DNA from: Dehalococcoidia bacterium
GTDB taxonomy: Bacteria > Chloroflexota > Dehalococcoidia > Lucifugimonadales > JADFKI01
Length of the DNA: 64,000 nucleotides
Direction: 5' to 3'
Assembly: GCA_963422525.1 (NCBI GenBank)
Contig: OY730226.1
Location: forward strand, 2,261,813 to 2,325,812
Part shown: positions 62,686 through 64,000 of the stretch, piece by piece
How positions within the stretch are numbered: position 1 is the stretch's first letter
Layout: every line of letters starts with the position of its first letter
Notes under the pieces: model-generated
What the model was told of the DNA's origin: nothing
Seen by the model: only the letters and a program-made list of their open reading frames with translations
Database searches by the model: none
Made by a program: the position numbers and the translations under genes

Positions 62686-63516
62686 TCAAAACGCCATCGT
62701 TGAGTCATGCCAAAACAGCGCCCGCCGTTCCACATACGCCGTTAGGATGGTGAGGACGATGCCAAGGAACGCAAGTATTAGGATGGCGGAGAACAACGTT
62801 GGCATGTCAAGATTGTTGTGCGCCACTATGATGACGCTGCCCAAGCCCCTATCGCCGCTGAACCACTCACCCACTACCGCGCCAATAACGGACAACGGGA
62901 TGGAGATTCGGAATGCGGCAAACAAATAGGGCAATGAACTCGGCAGCCGCAGTTTCAGGTAGGTCTCCTTGCGCGACGCGTGCAGGGAGCGGAATATGTC
63001 CATGGCTCCGGGGTTGATGGCGCGCAAGCCGACCATAGCGTTCACCAGCACGGGGAAAAAGGTTATCAGGCTTGCGATTAGCACCTTTGGCAGTGACCCA
63101 AAGCCGAACCAGATGACGAACAGAGGGGCGATTGCGACGATAGGCGTAACCTTGACGAGCAAGGCGATTGGCAGCAGGCTGCGCTCTAGGAAGCGCGAGT
63201 GCGCCATCAGCGTCGCGCCCGTGAATGCGATGCCGGCCCCCAGCGCAAAGCCCGCCAACGCCTCGACAAGCGTTATGCCGCCATGCAGCGCGAAGAAGCC
63301 GAAATCGCCCGCAAGCCGCACGATTACCGCCGATGGCGCGGGCACAATGTACACAGGCACACCTGTCGCGCGCACCCAAGCCTCCCACGCCAGTATTGCC
63401 GCGGCGAGCGCAATCGCGGGCGGCAGCAGGTAACTGACGGCGACGGCGCTCGCCGCAAGACGTGGAAGCCGCAAGCGGTCTGATCTGCCGGCGGCGGTGG
63501 CGTGTTCGCTTGCCAT
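62686..63516 (-). CDS. ABC transporter permease (NitT/TauT: nitrate/sulfonate/taurine family)
   Basis: Six-helix permease with the SsuC/TauC-like pattern. Start trimmed to ATG 63516, just after the upstream ATPase stop (TGAAATG). Confidence 0.8.
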   Translation of the reverse strand: MASEHATAAGRSDRLRLPRLAASAVAVSYLLPPAIALAAAILAWEAWVRATGVPVYIVPAPSAVIVRLAGDFGFFALHGGITLVEALAGFALGAGIAFTGATLMAHSRFLERSLLPIALLVKVTPIVAIAPLFVIWFGFGSLPKVLIASLITFFPVLVNAMVGLRAINPGAMDIFRSLHASRKETYLKLRLPSSLPYLFAAFRISIPLSVIGAVVGEWFSGDRGLGSVIIVAHNNLDMPTLFSAILILAFLGIVLTILTAYVERRALFWHDSTMAF

Positions 63517-63517
63517 T

Positions 63518-64000
63518 TCAGCCGGCTGTCGTTCCGGCGGTGACTCCACTCGAAAGCGCATTCCTAATCCTGTATGTGTATTCCAGAAAGATGTTTGAAC
63601 GCTCTACCACTTCGATGCGCGGCCTCGGCAGATCGATTGCAATGTCCGCAACGACCTCGCCCGGTCTTGCGGACAGCACGACAACCCTGTCCGACAAGAC
63701 TACCGCTTCCTGTATGCTGTGCGTTACGAAGAGCACGGTCGGGCGCTGCCGCTCCCAGAGCAGCAATAGTTCGTAGCGCATCTCTTCGCGGGTCATCTCG
63801 TCGAGCGCGCTTAGCGGCTCATCCATCAGCAGCAAGCCGGGACCAATTGCCAGCGCCCTCGCCAGCGCCACGCGCTGCCGCATACCGCCGGAGAGCTGAT
63901 GCGGATAGTAACCGCCGAACTCGCCAAGCCCTACGGCGTCTAGCGCCTGCTCGACGTCATTAGATGCGCCGGCGCCGGCGGTGCGCGTATTCAGCTGAAA
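63518..64000 (-). CDS. ABC transporter ATP-binding protein (NitT/TauT family), N-terminus outside the window
   Basis: The frame is open from position 64000. Hand translation gives ...YPHQLSGGMRQRVALARALAIGPGLLLMDEPLSALD (signature motif and Walker B). Confidence 0.9.
   Translation of the reverse strand, partial: FQLNTRTAGAGASNDVEQALDAVGLGEFGGYYPHQLSGGMRQRVALARALAIGPGLLLMDEPLSALDEMTREEMRYELLLLWERQRPTVLFVTHSIQEAVVLSDRVVVLSARPGEVVADIAIDLPRPRIEVVERSNIFLEYTYRIRNALSSGVTAGTTAG

Noticed and set aside
1-64000. Mobile-element boundaries (integrase, transposase, tRNA target sites, terminal inverted repeats) around the accessory regions
   Set aside because: None of the ORFs resembles an integrase or transposase. 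I found no tRNA genes or flanking direct or inverted repeats, so no mobile_element feature is claimed.

Overview
GC-rich bacterial chromosomal window holding about 55 protein genes, most of them on the minus strand. By eye I found no rRNA, tRNA, CRISPR array, transposase or integrase. All family names come from motif recognition alone; no database search was run. The gene content suggests a marine Chloroflexota genome (SAR202-like): signal-less sulfatases, luciferase-like monooxygenases, DUF1800/DUF1501 pairs, Uma2 nucleases, and lipoproteins with long Ala/Pro or Thr/Pro linkers. That placement is an unverified inference.

Housekeeping blocks:
- Crotonase (partial, at the left edge).
- Three sulfatases plus an MBL-fold hydrolase (1.0-7.3 kb).
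- SDR and a Dpp/Opp-type ABC importer lacking ATPase genes (11.5-16.3 kb).
- lipB with 2-oxoacid dehydrogenase E2, E1beta and E1alpha (16.3-20.7 kb).
- Two LLM flavin monooxygenases (21.4 and 33.6 kb).
- rph, a TPR protein and a double-GT2 glycosyltransferase.
- lysC, thrB and mutS.
- A NuoE/F/G-like module with an FNR-like reductase (51.7-57.9 kb).
- An FAD oxidoreductase and a UPF0104 membrane protein.
- A NitT/TauT-type ABC permease and ATPase (partial, at the right edge).

Unusual parts:
1. A visibly AT-richer island of about 10.7 kb at 22.5-33.3 kb. All its genes point the same way and all but one of the products carry an export signal. It is built around a tandemly duplicated pair: a metzincin-type protease followed by a membrane-anchored protein ending in a (TATPEPxP)n tail. 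The island shows several recent rearrangements: a 7-bp tandem duplication that splits the large protease gene, a decayed second copy, a 271-bp near-identical duplication, and 3' ends homogenised between paralogs. This is my best candidate for an undescribed cell-surface system.
2. Two diverged copies of a three-gene DUF1800-DUF1501-NHL module (7.5-11.2 kb and 47.0-50.8 kb), none with export signals.
3. Three tandem Uma2-family nuclease paralogs with a localised variable patch, next to a gene interrupted by an amber codon. Both sit between lysC and thrB.
4. A small AT-richer islet (60.6-62.7 kb) with a DUF1828/DUF1829-like gene, an unknown overlapping partner gene, and a frameshifted McrA-type reader-domain gene.
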